The notes beneath the pieces are model-generated. The model was not told the DNA's origin. It saw nothing but the letters and a program-made list of their open reading frames with translations, and made no database searches. The position numbers and the translations under genes are program-made. From assembly GCF_009914755.1 (NCBI RefSeq), contig NC_060936.1: a stretch of 64,000 nucleotides of DNA. One strand, given 5' to 3'. Source of the DNA: the human T2T-CHM13v2.0 reference genome, Homo sapiens. Positions 42,395 to 58,412 of the stretch are shown here, piece by piece (position 1 is the first letter of the stretch; every line of letters starts with the position of its first letter).

Positions 42395-45040
42395 ATTTAA
42401 AACAATCACTAGAAATCAGTGATATCAGCAAAACATATAACAGGCAACTTACACATGGACCCATGGTAGAAGCAGTATTTGGACTTTTTTACATAATATT
42501 TTAAATTGAATTATTTAAAAAATAGAAAAAAGGTGTAGGTATGAGTGTTCCCCTAGATGAATTATCAGTAATGAAATTATAATGATCACCCAAACAAAAA
42601 ACAAATATTATAAAACCTCAGAGACTTCTCTTTCTGCTTTCCATCTTGCAGCCCGAGTGTAAGTACTCTCCTCACAATGGCCTATAATGCATGTAATACA
42701 TGTGCCCTTTTTGTGTCAGGTTTCACTTAATATTATGTTTGTCAAATTCATTCAAGTCATTGTGCCTTAACGTGGTTTATTTTTACTATGGTAACAATAA
42801 TAATATTCATTTCATTAAATGAATAGATCTCAATTTATTTTCACATTCTAGTATATTTGAGCACTGAAATTATTTCCTGGTTTCTACTATTAAAATAACA
42901 CTACTATGAGAAATCTTGTGAAAGATTTTTTTGCGTATAGAGATTGTTCAAATCATATTAAATACAATAACAGGTATCCTTCCTTTCAATTAGGCATCAT
43001 GAAGTATATCCATGGCACTCTATGGGGAAAAAAGTGTCAAGGCTAGGGAAAAGAAAGCTAGTAGAGAGAATGTAATGAAAGTTAGAAGAGTACACGGTTG
43101 AAAATGTCATTGTTCTTGTAGAAAATACTGTGAAAGCCATAAAGCCTAAAGCAATACATTTCTGGTGGAGAAAACTATGTCTAGATGTTGTGAATGATGA
43201 CACAGGATATATGACAGAGCCAGTCAAGCAAATCATACAAATAATTGTGAATGTGGCAGAAAGTTAGGGGGTGAAGGATTTCAAAATATGGATCTAAGAG
43301 AAATTCAAGAACTAATAGATGCCACACCAGAGGAAGTAACAAAAGATGACTTGATGAAGATGTATGCTTCCAAACAGGTGCCAGACTATGAGGAAGAAGA
43401 TGCAGAAAGAGCAGTGCCAGAAACCAAATAGACATTAACCAATCTGACAGAAGGCTTTCAATTTTTCAAGATTGCTTTTGACATTTTTATGACCAGCATT
43501 ATTCTATATGAGCATTGAAACTAAAGCAAACAATGGGAAAAGGATTGGTACCATATAGAAACCCTTTTAGAGAAATGAAAAAGCAAAAAATTCAGACAGA
43601 AATTATGATGTGTTTCCCTAAAGTTATACCAAGTGTGCCTGCCTTTTCTGCCACTCCTGACACAGCAAGGTCAACCCCCTTTGACTTTCAACTCCCTCTG
43701 AATTTCCTTCTTCTCAGGTTATTTAATGTAAAGATGATGAAGATGAAGAACTTTATGATCACCCACTTCTACTTAATGAATAATAAATATATTTTATCTT
43801 CAATATGATTTCCTTAACAACATTCCCTTTTCTGTAACTTGCCTTATGGTAAAAATACAGCATACAGGCCGGGTACAGTAGCTCACACTTGTAATCCCAG
43901 CACTTTGGGAAGCCAAGACAAGCAGACAACTTGAGGTCAAGAGTTTGAGACCATCCTGGCCAACATGATGAAACCCCATCTCTACTAAAAATATGTAAAA
44001 AAAAAAAATTAGCGAGGGTTGGAGCCAAGACAGCTGAATAGGAACAGATCCAGTCTACAGCTCCCAGCATGAGCGATGCAGAAGATGGGTGATTTCTGCA
44101 TTTCCAACTGAGGTACCAGGTTCATCTCACTGGGGAGTGTCAGACAGTGGGTGCAGGACATTGGGTGCAGGTCAGTGGGTGTAGCGCACCAAGCATGAGC
44201 CAAAGCAGGGTGAGGCATCGCCTCACCTGGGAAGTGCAAGGGGTCAAGGAATTCTCTTTCTTAGTCAAAGAAAGGGGTGACAGACAGCACCTGGAAAATC
44301 AGGTCACTCCCACCTTAATACTGCATTTTTCCAACGTTCTTAGCCAACAGCGCACCAGGAGGTTATATCCCGTGCATGGCTCAGAGGGTCCTATGTCCAC
44401 AGAGCCTCACTCATTGCTAGCACAGCAGTCTGAGATCAATCTGAAAGGCAGCAGCGAGGCTGGGGGAGGGGCACCCACCATTGCCCCACGGCTTGAGTAG
44501 GTAAACAAAGCAGCCAGGAAGCTCGAACTGGGTGGAGCCCACCACAGCTCAAGGAGGCCTGCCTACCTATGTAGACTCCATCTCTGGGGGCAGGGCATAG
44601 ACAAACAAAGGGCAGGAGAATCTCCTGCAGACTTAAATGTCCCATCTGACAGCTTTGAAGAGAGTAGTGGTTCTCCCAGCACACAGCTGGAGATCTGACA
44701 ACAGACAGACTGCCTCCTCAAGTGGGTTCCTGACCCCCGAGTAGCCTAACTGGGAGGCACCCTCCAGTAAGGGAAGACTGACACCTCACATAGCTGGGTA
44801 CTCCTCTGAGACAGAACTTCCAGAGGAACAATCAGGCAGCAACATCTGCTGTTCTGCAGCCACTGCTGCTGATACCCAGGCAAACAGGGTCTGGAGTGGA
44901 CCTCCAGCAAACTCCAACAGACCTGCAGCTGAGGGTCCTGACTGTTAGAAGGAAAACTAACAAACAGAAAGGACATCCACACCAAAACCCTGTCCGTATG
45001 TCACCATCATCAAAGACCAAAGGTAGATAAAACCACAAAG

Positions 45041-46039
45041 ATGGGGGAAAAACAGAGCAGAAAAACTGGAAACTCTAAAATTCAGAGCACCTCTCCTCCT
45101 CCAAAGGAAAGCAGCTCCTCACCAGCAATGGAACAAAGCTGGATGGAGAATGACTTTGACGAGATGAGAGAAGAAGGCTTCAGATGATCAAACTTCTAAG
45201 AGCTAAAGGAGGAAGTTCGAACCAATGGCAAAGAAGTTAAAAACCATGAAAAAAAAATTAGATGAATGGCTAACTAGAATAATCAATGCAGAGAAGTCCT
45301 TAAAGGACCTGATGGAGCTGAAAACCAAGGCACGAGAACTACGAGACAAATGCATAAGCCTCAGTAGCCGATTCAATCAGTGATGGAAGATGAAATGAAT
45401 GAAGTGAAGTGAGAAGAGAAGTTTACAGAAAAAAGAATAAAAGGAAATGAATAAAGCCTCCAAGAAATATGGGACTATGTGAAAAGACCAAATCTACGTC
45501 TGATTGGTGTACCTGAAAGTGACAGGGAGAATGGAGCAAAGTTGGAAAACACTCTGCAGGATATTATCCAGGAGAACGTCCCCAATCTAGCAAGGCAAGC
45601 CAACATTCAAATTCAGAAAATACAGAGAATGTCACAAAGATACTCCTCGAGAAGAGCAACTCCAAGACACATAATTGTCAGATTCACCAAAGTTGAAATG
45701 AAGGAAAAAATGTTAAGGGCAGTCATAGAGAAAGTTCAGGTTACCCACAAAGGGAAGCCCATCAGAATAACAGCTGATTTCTAGGCAGAAACTCTACAAG
45801 CCAGAAGAGAGTGAAGGCCAATATTCAACATTCTTAAAGAAACGAGTTTTCAACCCGGAATTTCATATCCAGCCAAACTAATCTTCATAAGTGAAGGAGA
45901 AATAAAATCCTTTACAGACAAGCAAATGCTGAGAGATTTTGTCACCAGCAGGCCTGCCCTAAAAGAGCTCCTGAAGGAAGCGCTAAACATGGAAAGGAAC
46001 AACCATTACCAGCCACTGCAAAAACATACCAAATTGTAA
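45041..46039 (+). pseudogene. L1 ORF1p, inactivated
   Basis: ATG at 45041; fragment KRPNLRLIGVPE...TPRHIIVRFTKVEMKEKMLRA; several stops and indels. Confidence 0.93.
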
Positions 46040-46101
46040 AGACCTCGAGGCTAGGAAGAAACTGCATCAACTAACGAGCAAAATAACCAGCTAACATCAT
46101 A

Positions 46102-49925
<3,824 letters not shown>

Positions 49926-50291
49926 ACAGTGAGAGCACATGAACACAGAAAGGAGAACATCTCACACCAGGGCCTGTTGTGGGGTGAGGGGAGGGGGGAT
50001 GGATAGCATTAGAAGATATACCTAACGTTAAATGAGGAGTTGATGGGTGCAGCACACCAACATGGCACATGAATACATATGTAATTAACCTGCATGTTGT
50101 GCACATGTACCCTAAAATTTAAAATATAATTTTTAAAAAATTAGCCAAGTGTGGTGGGGCATGTCTCTAATCCCAACTACTCAGGAGGCTGAGGCAGGAG
50201 AATTGCTTGAATCCAGGAGGCAGAGTTTGCAGTGAGGAAAGATCACACCACTGCACTCCAGCGTGGGCAGCAGAGCAAGCCTCTGTCTCAA

Positions 50292-50309
<18 letters not shown>

Positions 50310-50325
<16 letters not shown>

Positions 50326-50329
50326 TATA
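50310..50329. repeat. (TA)10 at the Alu tail
   Basis: Read directly. Confidence 0.95.
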
Positions 50330-50542
50330 GTGTATAATACATATAATATACAAAACATGTGTTAATGATACAGTGTATAACACATATATAGAACATGTTA
50401 ATTGACTATGTTATTAGTAAGGCTTTCAGTTAACGGTATTCTATTAATACTTAAGTTTTTGTGGAGTCAAAAGTTATATGCAGATTTTCAACTGTGAGGG
50501 GGTCAGCAGTTCTAACCACCTCATTATGTTATTCAGACGTCA

Positions 50543-50546
<4 letters not shown>

Positions 50547-50594
<48 letters not shown>
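50547..50594. repeat. (TG)24 microsatellite abutting the Tigger2 end
   Basis: Read directly. Confidence 0.98.
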
Positions 50595-50596
<2 letters not shown>

Positions 50597-50599
50597 CGA

Positions 50600-52300
50600 T
50601 TGTCCTTTGGCTTTCATCACACCTGTGGAAATGTCATTTGTCAGTTTACAGTTTTATTGTTGTTGCTTTGAAGTAAATGTTACCTTTTTTCTTTGTCTAC
50701 TTTTACTTATTTTTTGTCTTTAATTTTTGGTGGCTTTAGCAAAATATACCGAGATGTAGTTTTTATTTGTATCGAGTCTTTCAATACTGTTTGAATATGT
50801 TTTAACTACTTTTTCCATGTGTCCCAATACTAACTGATTCAGTAACAATTTTGTCCCCACTTTTTATGTCCTCTACTTTGTGGCTCCATTAACATTAAGT
50901 CTCTTTCTGAGTCAGATTATTTTTTCTAACACTTTTCAATTTTTTTCTATGTTCCTAATTCTTTTTCCTAGGCATATGCTCAAATATTTTCCATTATCAT
51001 ATCATTTAGTTTGATAAGTCTATCTTCTACTCTAATCTGATTTTAAAGTCTTTTAGTAAGATACATATATTTTTAAGACATAGATATATCTCCTATTATT
51101 TGTATTTGATTATTTGTGTAGGCTTCAGTTATCTGGTGAACTTATTTTTTCATTTATTGCTGCAACTCTCTTGAACCAATTTACCATCATTATTGTAATG
51201 TTATTTTTTTACATAACACAAATATTTGTGCTATGTAGAGATATATTTATATTTTTTGTTTTCCTCTTGGTTTTTGTCCCAATTGTCCTCTTTTTGCCAT
51301 GCATTTTAATTTCTTATTGAGTTATTGACATTGTGTTTCTAAAATATTGTAGAGAATCGTATGATATTTTCACATATGATTTTCTGTCTGGAGAATAATC
51401 ATTCTTAATTTCACTGTACATAAAGAGTGGTGGTTGATCATTTTAATCCAATCAGAGATTGTAATAAATCAAAGCTCTACTGTAATTCTATTAAGGTCAA
51501 TATACCATATTTGTAGTGCTTTTAAGCTTTTCATTTTGTTTTTGTTATTTTTATTTAATATGGGAACATATAGTTTTCATATTTATGTGGTACATGTGAA
51601 ATTTTGATACCAACATAAATGTGTACTAAACAATTCAGGGTAAAAGTGAAACAAGCCAGGCACATAAAGACAAATATCACATATTTTCACTCACGTAGGA
51701 ATGAAATTTTTTTTACAGTTCTTTGATTTTCTCTCTCTTTTCTCAGTAACCTTTTCTGGTCTTTGTAATAGAGTTTTAGCCTTCTCCATATGCCTATGTT
51801 TAGCAAATGCCCCCAAGTTATAAATGGTATAGAAACCATTTTTTGTCTATGATATTTTATGATTTTTTATATTATTTTACTCCAGTATCTCTCTACTTCC
51901 TTCACTTTGTCCCTATATTTTTTCTATATTTTATGTATTTTATTGTATGCATTTTATGTTTTATACCAGATGGGAATGCTGGTTTGCTGCTAACTACCAT
52001 ATCCCAGTCATAACTTAAAGTCTTCATCATAGAAATTATAAACACACATATAAGTTCAGAGTATACAAACTGAATTATTTTCTTTAATTGTCTTTAGAAA
52101 AAGGCATATTCTTTCCTAGCATTTTAGTTTGGTCCTGAATTTTTACCTCTTCATTTAAAACAATATTGTTATTGTTTTATACTGGCACTATTTGTCTAGA
52201 TTCAACCATATTCACAGCACTTTCGATACATTACTATTGCATCTTGGACTTTTCTTCTGGGATCATGTTTATTTTCCTTATATGTATACTCTTTGGACAA
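50600..52300 (-). mobile_element. Very old L1 (L1ME-like) fragments
   Basis: T-rich degenerate antisense L1-like sequence; boundaries approximate. Confidence 0.4.
51535..51700. mobile_element. Short L1MA 3' UTR insertion with internal inversion
   Basis: 51535-51643 is the antisense extreme 3' end (atatttatgtggtacatgtgaaattttgatac); 51644-51700 is a sense upstream 3' UTR piece (aagtgaaacaagccaggcacataaagacaaatatcac). Confidence 0.65.
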
Positions 52301-53269
52301 TAAACATTAATCAGAGTTAATCAAGTAAGTCTCCTGTAATTGCCTTAGTTTCCAGGTGCTACTCCGTTTCCATTTTGAAATCTAAATGAAAAATAATTCT
52401 TAAAAATAGTAATGAATGTAAGGTCCCAAAGATAGTTTTAGAACAAAGAAAAACTCATATTCAAAATTACACATAGCACTATTTGTTTACACCCTTTGTC
52501 TGAAAGCTTTGGTATTATTTTGCAACACTGAGACTCAAATAAGTTAAAAGTCTGGTTTCTTTTCATCTTTTTGTAAAACAAAGGCTAATGGTTCTGTTCA
52601 TTAAAGTGCTGCCTAATCTATATTATTAAAGTGTAGATTACTATGGAACCTATAATAAACATAAAGAAATTGATAGTGACTTGAATCACTGGCTTGTTAA
52701 TTGTAAAGCTTTTACCATGAAAAGCAATAATTTTACAAACACATTTCACTAGTTGTGAAGTTTTATAAAAAGTAGTTGAATGGTTCCTATGCTATCTAGT
52801 GCAGGATGTAAAACATCATTGTTCTTACGGTGAAACTGTGATATTCAGATGTTGATAACTTGTAACCAGGTAATATTTGAAACTCACAATGTTTAACTTT
52901 TTCTTTCACGTTTTATATATTTGAATATTCTACTGACCAACAAGAATATATGAAAGAAGCTTTGTGATTAATAGAAACAAGTATTCAAATACTATCATCT
53001 CCTACAGAAAAAATTTACTTAAAAATTATAGATCAATTCTCCTGGCTTAAACATTTGAGAATCCCCTTTAATTAGAATAAATTTGATATTTTACTATTTT
53101 ATATGAAGCTCCAATTTTGAATGCTCTCAGGATAAGAAATTCATCGACAAAACTTATTCCTTTAGTGTGAACTTTTATTAGGCCTTTTCAGGAAAATACG
53201 TTCTATTAAAGAAAAGTAATTGAGCAGGTAAAGGACATTTATTGACTCGTTTTTGTTTTCTAGACAGTA

Positions 53270-53460
53270 CACTTAGTGCTTTTATATGCTATCTGATTTA
53301 ATGCCTCTAATTCTATAAGATATACATTGTTCTTTTCATCTTCAGATGTAACAACTGCAAAAAAACAAAAGGTTAGTAACTAGCCACAAATCTCACAGCT
53401 AGTAGGTGCTGAAGCTTTAATTTGAAAAACAGGTGTCTCCAAATATTTTTCTCCTGAGTA
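53270..53460 (-). mobile_element. MIR
   Basis: catcttcagatgtaacaactg...ggttagtaactagccacaaatctcacagctagtaggtgctgaagc. Confidence 0.6.
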
Positions 53461-53695
53461 GACATCATAAGTAAAGGTAACAGGGAAAAATGGGAGGTAG
53501 AATATTTGAAAGTACAAAAGAATGAGTGCCTAAAAACACTCTTATTATCTTCATAAACTTCTGGGAGGCAGCCTTATAGATCCCAGAAATCCAATTAGTC
53601 TTTGTTTATTTTTTCACATGTTTTGCTTCTGCTTTATGTATGGTTCACTTTACTGCTGGGAAATACATATTAAGAGAAAGTGAGGTGACAGCATG

Positions 53696-54684
53696 TAGGG
53701 GTAGGGGAATTTGGCCCAACTTGGATACATGTCCCCTTCTCCCTCTCTGATTTAAAGCAAATCAAGGCAGACCTGGGGAAGTTTTCAGATGATCCTGATA
53801 GGTACATAGATGTCCTACAGGGTCTAGGGCAAACCTTTGACCTCGCTTGGAGGGATGTCATGCTACTGTTAGATCAAACCCTTGCCTTTAAAGAAAAGAA
53901 TGTGGCTTTAGCTGCAGCCTGAGAGTTTGGAGATACCTGGTATCTTAGTCAAGTAAATGATAGAATGACAGCCAAAGAAAGGGACAAATTCCCTACTGGT
54001 CAGCAAGCCATCCCCAGTATGGATCCCCACTGGGACCTTGACTCAGATAATGGCAACTGGAGTCATAAACATCTGTTAACCTGTGTTCTAGAAGGACTAA
54101 GGAGAATTAGAAAAAAGCCCATGAATTATTCAATGATGTCTACCATAACTAAGGGAAAGGAAGAAAATCCTTCTGCCTTCCTCGAGCGGCTATGGGAGGC
54201 CTTAAGAAAATATACTTCCCTGTCACCCGAATCACTCGAGGGTCAATTGATTCTAAAAGATAAGTTTATTACCCAGTCAGCTGCAGATATCAGGAGAAAG
54301 CTCAAGCAAGCACTGGGCCCTGAACAAAATCTAGAGGCATTATTAAACCTGGCAACCTTGGTGTTCTATAACAGGGACCAAGAGGAACAGGCCCAAAAGG
54401 AAAAGCGAGATCAGAGAAAGGCTGCAGCCTTAGTCATGGCCCTCAGACAATCAAACCTCGGTGGTTCAGAGAGGACAGAAAATAAAGCAGGCCAATCACC
54501 TGGTAGGGCTTGTTATCAGTGTGGTTTACTAGGACACTTTAAAAAAGATTGTCCAATGAGAAACAAGCTGCCCCCTCGTCCATGTCCACTATGCTGAGGC
54601 AATCACTGGAAGATGCACTGCCCTAGAGGACGAAGGTTCCCTGGGTCAGAAGCCCCCAACCAGATGATCCAACAACAGGACTGA
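53696..54684 (+). pseudogene. gag: HERV9 gag (capsid and nucleocapsid part)
   Basis: Major-homology-like region GKEENPSAFLERL, zinc knuckle CYQCGLLGHFKKDC, second knuckle broken by TGA at 54595; natural stop TGA 54682-54684 in frame with pro-pol. Confidence 0.92.
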
Positions 54685-57600
54685 GGGTGCCCAGGGCAAG
54701 TGCCAGCTCATGTAATCACCCTCACTGAGCCCCAGGTATGTTTAACTATTGAGGGCCAGGAAATTGACTTCCTCCTGGACACTGGTGTGGTCTTCTCAGT
54801 GTTAATCTCCTGTCCTGGACAACTGTCCTCAAGGTCTATTACCATCCAAGGAATCCTGGGACAGCCTGTAACCAGGTATTTCTCCCACCTCCTCAGTTGT
54901 AATTGGGAGACTTTGCTCTTTTCACTTGCCTTTCTTGTTATGCCTGAAAGTTCCACAACCTTATTAGGGAGGGATATATTAGCCAAGGCTAGAGCTATTA
55001 TCTACATGAATATGGGGAACAAGTTACCCATTTGTTGTCCCCTACTTGAGGAGGGAACCAACCCTGAAGTCTGGGAATTGGAAGGACAATTTGGAAGGGC
55101 AAAAAATGCCCACCCATTCCAAATCAGGTTAAAAGATCCCACCACTTTTCCTTATCAAAGGCAATATCCCTTAAGCCCTGAAGCTCACAAAGGATTACAG
55201 AATATTGTTAAACATTTAACAGCTCAAGGCTTTGTAAGGAAATGCAGCAGTCCCTACAATTCCCCAATTCTAGGAGTACAAAAACCAAACGATCAGTGGA
55301 GACTAGTGCAAGATCTTAGACTAATCAGTGAGGCAGTAATTCCTCTATATCCAGTTGTACCCAACCCCTATAACCTGCTCTCTCATATACCAGAGGAAGC
55401 AGAATGGTTCACGGTTCTGGACCTCAAGGATGCCTTCTTCTGTATTCCCCTGCACTCTGACTCCCAGTTCCTCTTTGCCTTTGAGGATCCCACAGACCTC
55501 ACATCCCAACTTACGTGGACGGTCTTGCCCCAAGGGTTTAGGGATAGCCCTCATCTATTTGGTCAGGCACGGGCCCAAGATCTAGGCCACTTCTCAAGTC
55601 TGGGCACTCTGGTCCTTCAATATGTGGATGATTTACTTTTGGCTACCAGTTCGGAAGCCTCATGCCAGCAGGCTACTCTGGATCTCTTGAACTTTCTAGC
55701 TAATCAAGGGTACAAGGTGTATAGGTTGAAGGCCCAGCTTCGCCTACAGCAGGTCAAATATCTAGGCCTAATCTTAGCCAGAGGGACCAGGGCCCTCAGC
55801 AAGGAATGAATACAGCCTATACTGGCTTATCTTCACCCTAAGACATTAAAACAGTTGAGGGGGTTCCTTGGAATTGCCGGCTTTTGCCAACTATGGATCC
55901 CCGGATACAGCAAGATAGCCAGGCCCCTCTATACTCTAAGTAAGGAAATCCAGAAGGCAAATACTCATCTAGTAGAATGGGAACCAGAGGCAGAAACAGC
56001 CTTCAAAACCTTAAAGCAGGCCCTAGTACAACCTCCAGCTTTAAGCCTTCCCACAGGACAAAACTTCTCTTTATACATGACAGAGAGAGCCGGGATAGCT
56101 CTTGGAGTCTTCACTTAGATTCGTGGGACAACCCTACAACCAGTGGCATACCTAAGTAAGGAAATTGATGTAATAGCAAAAGGCTGGCCTCACTGTTTAA
56201 GGGTAGTTGCAGCAGTGGCCATCTTAGTGTCAGAGGCTATCAAAATAATACAAGGAAAGGATGTCACTGTCTGGACTACTTATGATGTAAATGGCATACT
56301 AGGTGCCAAAGGAAGTTTATGGCTGTCAGACAACTGCCTACTTAGATACCAGGCACTACTCCTTAAGGGACTGGTGCTTCAAATATGCACATGCATGTCC
56401 CTCAACCCTGCCAATTTTTTCCCAGAGGATGGGGAACCAATCGAGCATGACTGCCAACAAATTATAGTCCAGACTTATGCCACCCGAGATGATCCCTTAG
56501 AAGCCCCTTAACTAATCCTGACCTTAACCTATATACCAATGGAAGTTCATTTGTGGAGAATGGGATACGAAGGGCAGGTTATGCCACAGTTAGTGATATA
56601 ACCATACTTCAAAGTAAGCCTCTTCCCCCAGGGACCAGTGCCCAGTTAGCAGAACTAGTGGCAGTTACCCGAGCCTTAGAACTGGGAAAGTGAAAAAGAA
56701 TAAATGGGTATACAGATAGCAAGTATGCTTATCTAATCCTACACGCCCATGCTGCAATATGGAAAGAGAGGGAGTTCCTAACCTCTAGAAGAACCCCCAT
56801 TAAATACCACAAGGAAATTATAGAGTTATTGCACACAGTGCAAAAACCCAAGGAAGTGGCAGTCTTACACAGCCAAAGCCATCAGAAAGCTGAAGAGAGA
56901 AGGCAGAAGGAAACCATCAGGCAGATGCTGAGGCCGAGGTTGCTGCCAGGTGGAACACCCTGTTAGAAATACCTACAGAAGGACCCTTGGTATGGAACAA
57001 CCCCCTCCAAGAGATTAAGACCCAGTATGACCTGACTGAAACAGAATGGGGACTTTCACGGGGGCATAGTTTTCTCCCTTCAGGGTGGTTGGTGACAGCA
57101 GAAGGAAAGGTACTTATACCTGAAGCCAGCCAGTGGAAAATACTTAAAACCCTCCACCAAACTTTTCACATGGGTATTGAAAACACTAATCAAATGGCCA
57201 AATCCCTATTTATGGGGCCAAATCTCCTCCAGACCATCCGACAGGTAGTCAAAGCCTGTGAGGTGTGCCAAAAGAATAATCCCTTGGTTCATCATAAGGC
57301 CCCTTTGGGGGAACAAAGAATAGGTCACTAACCCGGAGAGGACTCGCAATTAGACTTCATCCATATGCCTAAGTCAAAGAGATTTCAATACTTGTTGGTC
57401 TGTGTTGATACCTTTACAAATCGGATAGAAGCTTTTCCCTGCAAGACAGAGAAGGCTCAGGAAGTGATTAAAGTCCTAATTCATGAAATAATTCCTAGAT
57501 TTGGGCTTCCCCAAAGCTTACAGAGTGATAGCGGTCCGGCTTTTAAAGCCACGATAACTCAGGGAATCTCCAGGGCCCTAGGGATACAATATCACCTTCA

Positions 57601-58258
57601 CTGCTCCTGGAGGCCACAATCCTCAGGGAAGGTCGAGAAGGCAAATGAAACACTCAAGAGGCACTTAAGGAAACTAACACAAGAAACTCACCTCCCATGG
57701 CCTACTCTTTTGCCCATGGCCCTGTTGAGAATCCGAAATTCTCCCCACAAAATAGGGCTCAGTCCATATGAAATGCTGTATGGATGACCTTTTCTCACAA
57801 ATGACCTCCTACTTGATCAGGAAATGGCCAACTTGGTCAAAGATATAACTTCTTTGGCAAAATATCAACAAAACCTTAAAAACCTACCTGAAGGATGTCA
57901 CAGAGAAAAGGGAACAGAGTTGTTTCAACCAGGAGATCTAGTGTTGGTCAAATCTCTCCCCTCTACCTCCCCATCCATGGACTCTTTGTGGGAAGGACCA
58001 TACTTGGTAATCCTCTCTACTCCCACTGCAGTTAAGCTGGCAGGAGTGGAATCTTGGATTCACCACACCAGAGTTAAACTTTGGACATCCCTTGAGGAAC
58101 CTGCGGGATCATCAGCTCAGGAGTCCCAAGATCAGCCAGACCAGCCTTGATACACCTGCGAACCATTGGAGGACTTGCACCTCCTATTTTGGAAGGAAAC
58201 ATTCCAGACTAAAAAGGCTCCTACCACTGATCCTGAGGAAAGACCCCTTCCTCCTTAA
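54685..58258 (+). pseudogene. pol: HERV9 pro-pol (PR, RT, RNase H, IN)
   Basis: Protease LLDTG; RT LDLKDAFF, LPQG, YVDD; RNase H YTNGSS (catalytic D lost); integrase H..H..CEVC, QSDSGP, GKVE; nonsense codons and two frameshifts near 56.5-56.9 kb. Confidence 0.95.
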
Positions 58259-58412
58259 AAAAGATAAATGAACACAGCATACTAACCATACTCTTTGTGA
58301 TAGGACTATATACTCTAGCTCCTGCCAGAACGATAATCCTAATCACATCAACCTTCTATCTTCCTTCCTTTTGACAGTAATTTACTCCTACCTCTAACTC
58401 AGGCTAGATAAA

